A stretch of 64,000 nucleotides of DNA. Source: Methanothrix sp. (GTDB lineage Archaea; Halobacteriota; Methanosarcinia; Methanotrichales; Methanotrichaceae). The stretch is from NCBI GenBank assembly GCA_037128175.1, contig JBAXWY010000002.1, forward strand, positions 32,001 through 96,000, given 5' to 3'. Both the position numbers and the translations under genes were made by a program. Below are positions 40,320 to 47,695 of the stretch, in pieces (position 1 is the stretch's first letter; each line of letters begins with the position of its first letter). The notes under the pieces were generated by a model. It was not told the DNA's origin. It searched no databases and saw only the letters and a list, made by a program, of their open reading frames with translations.

Positions 40320-41255
40320 GTGTTTAAGTTTGATAGGAAGCAAGAGGTCTTCGAGTTTGGCAAGTTCAAGGTTGGGGGCCAGCCTGGAGAGTACCCCACA
40401 TGCTGCATAGGCACCATGTTCTATGCCAGGCACAAGATCGTATCCGATCCGGAGCACGGAGTCTTTGACGCGGCAGCTGCAGAGAGGCTCTGGAATAAAC
40501 AGGTTGAGATGAGCGACATCACCGGCAACTCCTGTATGAACCAGATTGTTGCAGAGAGTGATGAGGCCATGAAGAAGGAGATCGACTGGTTTGTGGGCAT
40601 ATCCGATTACCCATTCCTCATCGACTCCTCTGCACCGTCGGTGCGCGCCTTCGGCGTCAAGTACGCCTCTGAGATAGGCGTAGCCGACAAGGCCATCCAT
40701 AACTCCATCAACGCCTCCATTACACCAGAGGAGCTGCAGGCCGTCAAGGACAGCGACCTCGATGCCGCTATCGTCCTGGCCTTCAATGCCATGGAGAAGG
40801 GAACCGTTGGCAAGATGAACATCCTGACCAAGGCAGCCGGCGGCGCCAAGAAGGGCATGCTGGATTACGCCAAAGAGTGCGGCATCACCAGGATTCTCCT
40901 GGATGTGGCGGCCATGCCTCTGGGCAACGGCTCCGGTGCTACCTACAGGGCATGCATCGCCGTCAAGGCTCAACTGGGCCTTCCCGTGGGCGCAGGCTTC
41001 CACAATGCAGCCTCCGCCTGGGACTGGATGAAGAGATGGAAGAAAGAGCACAAGGAAGCCTTTGCACCTGTGGACATCGGGGCCAACCTGGTGGCAGGCA
41101 TCTTGGGCGCAGACTTCTATCTGTACGGCCCCATCGAGAACGCACCCATGATCTTCCCGGCTGCCGCCATGGTGGACATCTTCAAGGCAGAGTCGGCTGA
41201 GGAGCTCGGGCTGAAGGTTCTGACCGACGACCATCCCTATAAGAAGACGCTTTAA
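40320..41255 (+). CDS. mtrH: Mtr subunit H
   Basis: MFKFDRKQ, GGQPGEYPT, HNSIN, G.HN, LYGPIENA. Confidence 0.97.
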   Translation: MFKFDRKQEVFEFGKFKVGGQPGEYPTCCIGTMFYARHKIVSDPEHGVFDAAAAERLWNKQVEMSDITGNSCMNQIVAESDEAMKKEIDWFVGISDYPFLIDSSAPSVRAFGVKYASEIGVADKAIHNSINASITPEELQAVKDSDLDAAIVLAFNAMEKGTVGKMNILTKAAGGAKKGMLDYAKECGITRILLDVAAMPLGNGSGATYRACIAVKAQLGLPVGAGFHNAASAWDWMKRWKKEHKEAFAPVDIGANLVAGILGADFYLYGPIENAPMIFPAAAMVDIFKAESAEELGLKVLTDDHPYKKTL

Positions 41256-41287
41256 GCGCCTTCTTTTTTCCTCTTTTTGAGGTTTCT

Positions 41288-41947
41288 TTGCCTCGCGTTG
41301 TTGTGCAAACTGCGTTTGAAGATATCAAATTCATGTGCCAGAGATGCGGCTCCTGTTGCCGTCATAAAAGGCCATCGGAGTTTGAGGACCTGGTTCCCAT
41401 GGAACAGCTAAAGGAGTTCTGGGAGAAGTCCAATCTCATCTACCTGACGAAAGAGGACATCGAACGCATAAGCCGCAAAACAGGGCTCGTCGCGAAGGAT
41501 TTCGTGGACACGCTCTACGAGTACGACGGTAAATTCGTCCGGGCCAAGGAAGGAGGAAAGAAGGTGATCCTGGACATTCCGGTCATGAAGAGCAAGGGGG
41601 ATACCACCTGCGTATTCTACGAGGAGAGATGCACCGTTTATCCAGTGCGACCCAGGGCTTGCAGGCTCTTCCCATTCCGGGTGGAAGAGGAGTCAACGCC
41701 AAAAGGTGATCTCATCCTTAGCATTGGTTATAATCCCACTTGTCCAGGGATCGGCAAAGGGAAAAGCGTTGCCAAAAAAGATCTGGAGAAGCTGGTAGTT
41801 GACCAGTTTCGGCAGAGGAGCGAGTCAATAGCGTCTGAATTGCGCATCCTTGCGGCAGAAGGCATGATCCAGAAGGATGCAGAGGTTTACAGAACAATTC
41901 CTGGCCGCAGATCTATTGCCTGGCAAAGTTTTTCTACTGAAGAGTAA
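41288..41947 (+). CDS. YkgJ-like CxxCxxCC cysteine-cluster protein
   Basis: CQRCGSCC, CVFY...CTVYPVRPRACRLFPF, CPG. Confidence 0.85.
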   Translation: MPRVVVQTAFEDIKFMCQRCGSCCRHKRPSEFEDLVPMEQLKEFWEKSNLIYLTKEDIERISRKTGLVAKDFVDTLYEYDGKFVRAKEGGKKVILDIPVMKSKGDTTCVFYEERCTVYPVRPRACRLFPFRVEEESTPKGDLILSIGYNPTCPGIGKGKSVAKKDLEKLVVDQFRQRSESIASELRILAAEGMIQKDAEVYRTIPGRRSIAWQSFSTEE

Positions 41948-41999
41948 TAACAGAGCAAGGCATGGTTATTCCAGCGCCCTGCAAAAGGAGGTAAGATTT

Positions 42000-42176
42000 A
42001 TGACAGTAGTAAAGAGCGACGCAATGCTGCAACATGAGGTTTGGATCCATGAGGTAGTCACTCATAGACCCAAGCATATGAGAGAACAAGTGATGCACAT
42101 CGAGGTTAGAAACCTGGTTATGGCTGCTGCTGCTATATTGATAGTAGTAATTGCTGCTGTTGAAATGTTTAAATGA
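42000..42176 (+). CDS. 58-aa His/Met-rich microprotein with C-terminal TM
   Basis: SD AAGGAGGT before ATG 42000; hairpin AAGGCCGG-N4-CCGGCCTT downstream. Confidence 0.65.
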   Translation: MTVVKSDAMLQHEVWIHEVVTHRPKHMREQVMHIEVRNLVMAAAAILIVVIAAVEMFK

Positions 42177-42187
42177 TGTAGGCTGAA

Positions 42188-42207
42188 AAGGCCGGCTTTC
42201 CGGCCTT
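42188..42207. terminator. GC hairpin between convergent genes
   Basis: AAGGCCGG-CTTT-CCGGCCTT. Confidence 0.5.
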
Positions 42208-42216
42208 CGCCCTATA

Positions 42217-42675
42217 TTATTGGAATTTGCAATTGCCTGATTCGATATCATTCAAATTTTTAACAATATTTGCTTTGTGGGCATTGGATAGCTTATGATA
42301 TTCACAGATCGTCAGCACCCGGTGAAGTTCATCGCGCTGCATTGAAGCAGTATGCTGGGCAACGTACAACATTGTTTCCAGATATTCTTTCTCTTTTATC
42401 ATATTTTCAATGATCTCTAAAAAAATCGCATCAAATTTTATCCCAGAAGTACCGATATCCTTGATCACTTTTACCAGTTTTTCGCTTGACTTTTGGCTGG
42501 CCATGTTGGCGGCCAAGGCTCTTTGAGCAAAATCCAGGGACGCTTCAGAAACCCCATTCAGTATTAGTTCGGACGCGAGTTTCTTCAGGGTCTTGCTCTG
42601 AAGAATAGTTTCAGATTCCAGAGCCAGAAAGGCTTCTGGGGTTATCTCTATTTTCGTGTATTTTGGGCCAGGCAT
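42217..42675 (-). CDS. Hypothetical protein with N-terminal ribbon-helix-helix-like domain
   Basis: TKIEIT-PEAFLALESETILQ-SKT-LKKLASELIL strand-helix-helix pattern; SD GAGGTG. Confidence 0.6.
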   Translation of the reverse strand: MPGPKYTKIEITPEAFLALESETILQSKTLKKLASELILNGVSEASLDFAQRALAANMASQKSSEKLVKVIKDIGTSGIKFDAIFLEIIENMIKEKEYLETMLYVAQHTASMQRDELHRVLTICEYHKLSNAHKANIVKNLNDIESGNCKFQ

Positions 42676-42818
42676 TTTTCTCGCGGCACCTCATTTTTCA
42701 ATCCTTATGAGTTCCTCTATATCAATACTTATTCCAGAAAACTCGAAAATGATAAATACTAAGAAAAAAGATGAATTTGGAAAAAAGGAAAAATTACCAA
42801 ATCAGGAGGAACAAGAAA

Positions 42819-42914
42819 ATGAAGATTGGTCAACAGGAGTTGGGTGTGTATCCGTTGTGGGTAGGATTTTGGGTGGCTGCCATCGTCATATCGGTACTAT
42901 TGGGTCAGACTTAA
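42819..42914 (+). CDS. 31-aa single-TM microprotein MKIGQQELGVYPLWVGFWVAAIVISVLLGQT
   Basis: SD AGGAGG upstream; hydrophobic helix; below the ORF-track cutoff. Confidence 0.55.
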   Translation: MKIGQQELGVYPLWVGFWVAAIVISVLLGQT

Positions 42915-43142
42915 AGGAAGAGTAATTCAAAAAGAATTCATTATCGCAGGATTCATTCCTAGGGGGATTGACCTCGAACTCATCCCTTCATCCCTATTTT
43001 GCCTGGCCAACCGAGATATTACGAATCAAAAATGCATGCACCACTACTTTTCAAAGCATGAGAAAGCACAAAGTTTATGTGGGATGCTGGATGATAGGGC
43101 CCAAGTCTAGCGTATCCGATGCCCTAAATGGAGGTGAAAAAA

Positions 43143-43253
43143 ATGCCTAACATCATGGATCAATTAATCGCTTTGGTAATATTCGGTGCGAGCACAGTCA
43201 TACTGCCATACGTGTTCAACAAATGGTCTGATAGCAGAGCAGGCGTTAGATAA
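43143..43253 (+). CDS. 36-aa single-TM microprotein MPNIMDQLIALVIFGASTVILPYVFNKWSDSRAGVR
   Basis: Perfect SD GGAGGTGA; TM followed by polar/basic tail. Confidence 0.6.
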   Translation: MPNIMDQLIALVIFGASTVILPYVFNKWSDSRAGVR

Positions 43254-43642
43254 ACTTGTTCTTTTCGATCCTGGCTCGTGCCAGGATCTGCATTACTATT
43301 TTCTCTATTTTATCGTGTCAATCCACGAATTGGAACTCCGAAGTCAAACGGCAGCGGTGCACACCGTCGCCAGCAGGACGGAACATGCGAGACACAGCTG
43401 ATTAAGAATATCCTCAAATTGGTCCTTCGCGAAGAAAAATCAATAGCTTTGCTCTAAGTATATCTGAATAGGATACCATTCCCTCAATCATTATCTAGAA
43501 GCTTTACATTTTGGCGAGGCGTCGAACTCTAAAACGAGTCAGGCCGATATCCTTTGATGCGCCCTAAGCGAACGTGATCATACCTGGAATTCCATCCAAG
43601 GATAGCATTGATAAGGCCCCTGGTCCAAAAACCATTTCCTGA

Positions 43643-43810
43643 ATGACAAAAGGAAGAATGATTCATTGTATCGGCTGTGGGGCTGAGTTCTCCACGGAGG
43701 AATTATTGATCGCCTGGCTTGAGGGCAAAATCCCTAACACAATCAGCTGTCTTGTTTGTGGCAAGCTTGAATCAAATCTCATGGAAAGACAAATCAAGGC
43801 AAGGGAATAA
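43643..43810 (+). CDS. 55-aa zinc-finger microprotein (CIGCG...CLVCG)
   Basis: MTKGRMIHCIGCGAEFSTEELLIAWLEGKIPNTISCLVCGKLESNLMERQIKARE. Confidence 0.6.
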   Translation: MTKGRMIHCIGCGAEFSTEELLIAWLEGKIPNTISCLVCGKLESNLMERQIKARE

Positions 43811-43823
43811 GACAGGTACCCAA

Positions 43824-43965
43824 GCAAAAATTCTTATACTTCCAAGCTCACGTAAACTATGCCCAACGCCATGGGTTTACACCGAAATTGTGGTGGGGTT
43901 TATCCACTATCCGGCCTACAATAGAGGGCCAGCCAAAAAAAGGTACTGGCCCTCTATTTTCTTTT
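43824..43965 (+). ncRNA. Repeated element copy A: promoter, operator and ~100-nt putative sRNA
   Basis: CTTATACTTCCAAGC; GTAAAC-N17-GTTTAC at 43852-43880; 13-bp stem 43920-43932/43946-43958 plus T-tract; aligns with copies B and C. Confidence 0.6.
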
Positions 43966-44022
43966 ATCAATTTCAATTATTAATCGGCACTGCGGTTACA
44001 GCTACAGCAAAAGCTTAATAGT

Positions 44023-44057
44023 ATTGTAAACCTTATTCGCGAAAAAGAGTTTACAAT
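44023..44057 (+). promoter_or_regulatory. Palindromic operator ATTGTAAAC-N17-GTTTACAAT upstream of the symporter
   Basis: Perfect 9-bp arms just downstream of a BRE/TATA-like AAAAGCTTAATA. Confidence 0.7.
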
Positions 44058-44074
44058 TTCGTGAGGCATGGTTT

Positions 44075-45430
44075 ATGAATCCGGCTGCCGTCGTAATAGT
44101 AATATATTTGATGGGGATGCTTGCCATCGGCGCTTGGGGGCACCGCCTGAAAGGACTGGAGGATTTCCACCTGGCGGGGCGGAGCATAAAACTGGTTCTT
44201 CTTACAGGCACTTTCTGTGCCACCATCATTGGTGCTTCGGCAACTCTTGGCATGACGGGCCTGGGCTTCAGCAAAGGCCTGCCGGGTGCATGGTGGATGC
44301 TCTCCGGTACGGCTGGACTGCTGGTGCTGGCGACTTTTTTTGCCGAGAAAGTAAGAGCTAGCGGATGCAGCACTCTGCCCGATTTGGTAGGATCATTTTA
44401 TGGGGAAAGCGTGAGGTTTGTCGCCTCCGCTCTCATTGTTATCTCCTGGGTGGGAGTCATTGCCGTGCAGATTGTGGCCTGCGGTAAAGTTCTTGGCGCC
44501 GTATTCGGAGGAAACGAGACCCTATTCATGGCAGCATGTACGGCCGTCTTCGTGCTCTACACAGCACACGGAGGACAGGGCTCGGTGATAAGGACAGACC
44601 TGGTACAGCTCATGATAATATTAGCAGGAATAATCGTCCTGTTTTTCAGAGCATTTGAGGCAGCCGGACCCGGATTGCTCTTTCGCCAGAGCTTTCCCAC
44701 TTCGGCAGAGATGGGCGGATGGGATGTACTTTCCATGCTACTGGTCGTCGGCTCGGCGTACCTGGTCGGGCCGGATATGTATTCTCGTTTGCTCTCTGCC
44801 CATACCCCGAGAGAAGCAAAGATATCAGCGGCGATCGCAGCCGTCATTCTCATTCCCCTGGCCCTCCTGATCACATCCCTGGGCATTTTTGCCCGGTCGC
44901 TTTACCCTGGCGCATCACCTGAGCAGGCCATTCCCGTGCTCCTGACAGGGCTTCTGTCGCCCGCCACGGAAGGCCTGGTGGCCGCAGCTCTCCTGGCGGC
45001 ATTCATGTCCTCAGCAGACACTAGCCTGATGACTGCTACTTCCATTCTAACTCTGGATATTTACAGAAAGGCAAGGCCGGCTTCTGGTGAAGAGAAGCTG
45101 ATGGCCATGTCAAGGCTTTTTGTGTTAATCATAGGGCTCTTGGCTTTGGCATTAGCGGTTTCCTTGCCCAGCATCATCAAGACTCTGCTTATCGCTTATA
45201 CCGTCTTTACCAGTGGTCTGCTCTTACCGGTTATTGCCGGATTTTACAGAGAGCGGCTGGGCCTTACGCCTTCCGGCGCGCTGGGAGCGCTGCTGGGAGG
45301 CGGAGTAACTGCGATCTTCCTGGGCCAGACGTATCCTCTGCTTGGCATGACGGTCTCCGCAGCATTCCTATTCGGGGTAAGCTGGTTAGAGAGACAGTAT
45401 ACGGAGCAGGAATGCAAAAGCGTGGTTTAG
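44075..45430 (+). CDS. Sodium:solute symporter (SSS/PutP/PanF family)
   Basis: DFHLAGR, ATIIGAS, YTAHGG..SVIRTD, AAFMSSADT; many TM helices. Confidence 0.9.
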   Translation: MNPAAVVIVIYLMGMLAIGAWGHRLKGLEDFHLAGRSIKLVLLTGTFCATIIGASATLGMTGLGFSKGLPGAWWMLSGTAGLLVLATFFAEKVRASGCSTLPDLVGSFYGESVRFVASALIVISWVGVIAVQIVACGKVLGAVFGGNETLFMAACTAVFVLYTAHGGQGSVIRTDLVQLMIILAGIIVLFFRAFEAAGPGLLFRQSFPTSAEMGGWDVLSMLLVVGSAYLVGPDMYSRLLSAHTPREAKISAAIAAVILIPLALLITSLGIFARSLYPGASPEQAIPVLLTGLLSPATEGLVAAALLAAFMSSADTSLMTATSILTLDIYRKARPASGEEKLMAMSRLFVLIIGLLALALAVSLPSIIKTLLIAYTVFTSGLLLPVIAGFYRERLGLTPSGALGALLGGGVTAIFLGQTYPLLGMTVSAAFLFGVSWLERQYTEQECKSVV

Positions 45431-45450
45431 ACGACTTTGCATTCAACGAT

Positions 45451-45505
45451 AAAGCATTTATACTTCCATGTAAATGTAAACCCGAACCAATCACATGGGC
45501 TTACA
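45451..45505 (+). promoter_or_regulatory. Promoter copy D with operator GTAAAC-N17-GCTTAC
   Basis: AAAGCATTTATACTTCC identical to copy C; operator at 45476-45504. Confidence 0.7.
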
Positions 45506-45535
45506 ATTGTGCGTAATAATGAGGAGGGAAAAGAA

Positions 45536-45694
45536 ATGCAAACAAGTGGCATGGTGAGTGCAGTATTGTTTATTGGAGGTATCGCCGCGATATTCACATC
45601 AGGCGGCAATACTATGATGATGGTTATTGGGGATGTATGTGTTGCAGCCGCTGGCATAGCCATGGTTGCTTTGGGAAGCAAAAAAGCTGCCTAG
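45536..45694 (+). CDS. 52-aa two-helix membrane microprotein
   Basis: SD GAGGAGG; MQTSGMVSAVLFIGGIAAIFTSGGNTMMMVIGDVCVAAAGIAMVALGSKKAA; T-tract downstream. Confidence 0.65.
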   Translation: MQTSGMVSAVLFIGGIAAIFTSGGNTMMMVIGDVCVAAAGIAMVALGSKKAA

Positions 45695-45839
45695 GTCGCA
45701 GCCCAAATATATATTTTTTGGTTTCTTGAATGAATAACCCCTGGCTTGCTGCAGGGTGCATCTTTTTGCAGTCATCTTTACAGAGAACTGCCGGGCCTTA
45801 TGCTATTTTGCGCGCTGCAATGATCATAAAATGCAGGTG

Positions 45840-45985
45840 AAAAGAGGATAGAGGGGGCCGGTATTCCCTTACTGGCCCCTAATTTTGGGCGGATGATGGC
45901 CAAATCGGACCGCAACGCAGCGGTTCTGTAAACCCATGCCATTGGGCAGAGTTTACATCGGCTCGGGAGTATAAATGCTTTTTCG
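45840..45985 (-). ncRNA. Repeated element copy B: promoter, operator and putative sRNA
   Basis: CGAAAAAGCATTTATACT; TGTAAAC-N17-GTTTACA at 45927-45957; stem GGGGCCAGTA/TACCGGCCCC plus CTCTTTT; no ORF downstream. Confidence 0.6.
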
Positions 45986-45999
45986 TACCTTCTATCAAA

Positions 46000-46506
46000 T
46001 CAAATGTCCCGCGCCTTGATCCAAACAACGATGTTGTGGGTGTTTTTGCTCAATTTATAACCTCTGCGTCGCAGTGCAGTTCTAACACAGTCGCGGTCTA
46101 CTCCATTTATTTTCGCGATCCTGCCAATTTCAGATCTATCAAAAAATTGTAGCTGTCTGGCTTCGCATTTGGCAATATAATCCTCCAAGGAGGCGATCCT
46201 TTTGTTATGATTCATGCGTTCGCCTTCCTTACTCTTCCAGATCATTCGGCCGTGACCGTTATTGGTCAATTGATAGCCGAGCCTTCTAAGCTCACAGCGA
46301 ATTCGCTCCGGAGATAAGCCAAAACGACCTGCTATGCATTGGACCTCTCGGCGATCATAGATGCAGGATCTAAAATGGCTGCTATTTGAAAGATAAATTT
46401 CGAGGTTGTGAATAGTCTTATCAGTCTGTTGGGTTACAGGTGGGTTTACTGAATCTAAACTGGTTTTCAGTATGCACTTTGTCACATTCGCCTTGGCTGG
46501 AAGCAT
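46000..46506 (-). CDS. Protein of two tandem ~65-aa winged-HTH-like repeats
   Basis: Repeats share K.I..LE.Y...DR.E...IA...G.....R..LRR.GY.L..N.H....W; start uncertain (46506; internal SD plus ATG at 46215). Confidence 0.6.
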   Translation of the reverse strand: MLPAKANVTKCILKTSLDSVNPPVTQQTDKTIHNLEIYLSNSSHFRSCIYDRREVQCIAGRFGLSPERIRCELRRLGYQLTNNGHGRMIWKSKEGERMNHNKRIASLEDYIAKCEARQLQFFDRSEIGRIAKINGVDRDCVRTALRRRGYKLSKNTHNIVVWIKARDI

Positions 46507-46524
46507 CTTTGGATGATTGGCTGT

Positions 46525-46665
46525 GATTGAGGATAGAAGGCCAGTATTCTCTTGCCGACCCTCAATCGTATGGTGGATGATGACAGAACCCCCTCCACAA
46601 TGCGGCGTAAACCTCCACATTGAGGTGTGGTTTACAGCGCTTGGAAGTATAAATGCTTTTTCGCG
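46525..46665 (-). ncRNA. Repeated element copy C: promoter, operator and putative sRNA/leader
   Basis: CGAAAAAGCATTTATACTTCCAAGC; GTAAAC-N17-GTTTAC at 46607-46635; stem GAGGGTCGG/CTGGCCTTC. Confidence 0.6.
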
Positions 46666-46708
46666 TGTCGTGCATTTAGCACGGAAAAGAAGACGGTAGA
46701 AAAGGCTA

Positions 46709-47524
46709 TTACTCGAAGTTTTCGGGAATGGATTTGTCCAGGAAGCTGGCTATGCCTCCCGGATAATAGACCTCCAATGCATCGAGTTCCGCCATCTTTC
46801 TTGGATCAAATGAGTGCGATTTCATATATTTCTTGAACCTTTCTTGGTTCTCTTTCGAATCAATACTTCCCTGGACCAGTGGGATCTTAAGCTCCATAAC
46901 CTGATCGGGCTTGAGACCAAGGCATTTTACTCTGATATCTGCATTGCTTCCCGGTGGCTTTAATTTTGCAATCTTCGTCGCCAAATCCTGGCAAAAGAAC
47001 GCACTGCCGGAACTCAGGTCGGAGAGACAGAGAATGACGGTCGGAGAGTCGCAGCGCCGGTACAGGGCTTCGATGGCCTCCTCCGAGGCACTGCCACTGA
47101 CCGAGACGAGGGTTACGTTGTGTTTCTCACAGACAGGACCTATTAATGGATTTAGCGCGGACTTATTCAGCCAAACTTCCATGGAATTGGATCTTCTGGG
47201 AGAACTCTCCGACAAAAACACGTGCTCTCCCGGAATCTCATCCAGAATGGCATCCGTTGGAATGAAACCCAGCTTTCTTGCTTTGCTCATCCACTTGGAA
47301 AGCTTCTCGCCATCGCTATCATGGTAAGGCCGTGTGATCCGAATCTCGCCTACGAACCATCCACAAATAGGATAATCTGTCTCCTTCCTTTGCATCGCAT
47401 AGTAAAACATGGCTCGAAGCGTGGTCCTCGATCTGCCGATGTCTCTTACAAAATTACGATATACCTCTGCCAACCACCGGGACTTGGTTCGATCCGTTTC
47501 AGTATCTACAAATGGTTCGGTCAT
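46709..47524 (-). CDS. Topo VI-A/Spo11-like TOPRIM-family protein with degenerate acidic motifs
   Basis: TTLRAMFYY, KARKLGFIP..AILD, EVWLNKSAL, ILCLSDLSSG, LGLKPDQV, AELDALE. Confidence 0.6.
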   Translation of the reverse strand: MTEPFVDTETDRTKSRWLAEVYRNFVRDIGRSRTTLRAMFYYAMQRKETDYPICGWFVGEIRITRPYHDSDGEKLSKWMSKARKLGFIPTDAILDEIPGEHVFLSESSPRRSNSMEVWLNKSALNPLIGPVCEKHNVTLVSVSGSASEEAIEALYRRCDSPTVILCLSDLSSGSAFFCQDLATKIAKLKPPGSNADIRVKCLGLKPDQVMELKIPLVQGSIDSKENQERFKKYMKSHSFDPRKMAELDALEVYYPGGIASFLDKSIPENFE

Positions 47525-47695
47525 ATCTGTATTTCCTATTGATGCCAAAATATATAGATTAGAGCGTTTCCGCAAGTATACCATCCGAAAATAAAAAACG
47601 AAGATTCCTGAAGGTGCTGGATGGTGCAGAAGCTTTTTGGTTATGGAGCGGATACTTAATGAGGTGGCAAGTGCATGGACCATTGAGGTTAAGCA

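Noticed and set aside
40227-41234. Long antisense ORFs (also 27050-27994, 32252-33202, 9054-9779, 30616-31359, 52724-53551)
   Set aside because: Shadow frames of well-supported genes in GC-rich DNA, with no recognisable motifs
36302-41255. mtr operon anomalies such as an MtrA-MtrF fusion
   Set aside because: Standard EDCBAFGH order; mtrA and mtrF are in different frames
43859-43924. 21-aa leaderless ORF inside copy A
   Set aside because: The peptide is not conserved in copies B or C
46444-46449. Extra GTTTAC as a sixth operator
   Set aside because: Half-site only, with no partner at 17-nt spacing
46507-46620. N-terminal extension of the 206-aa ORF
   Set aside because: It runs through element C, whose paralogs A and B do not conserve this frame
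43824-46665. Repeats as a CRISPR or other tandem array
   Set aside because: Copies are dispersed, on both strands and each has its own promoter; there is no regular repeat-spacer period and no cas genes
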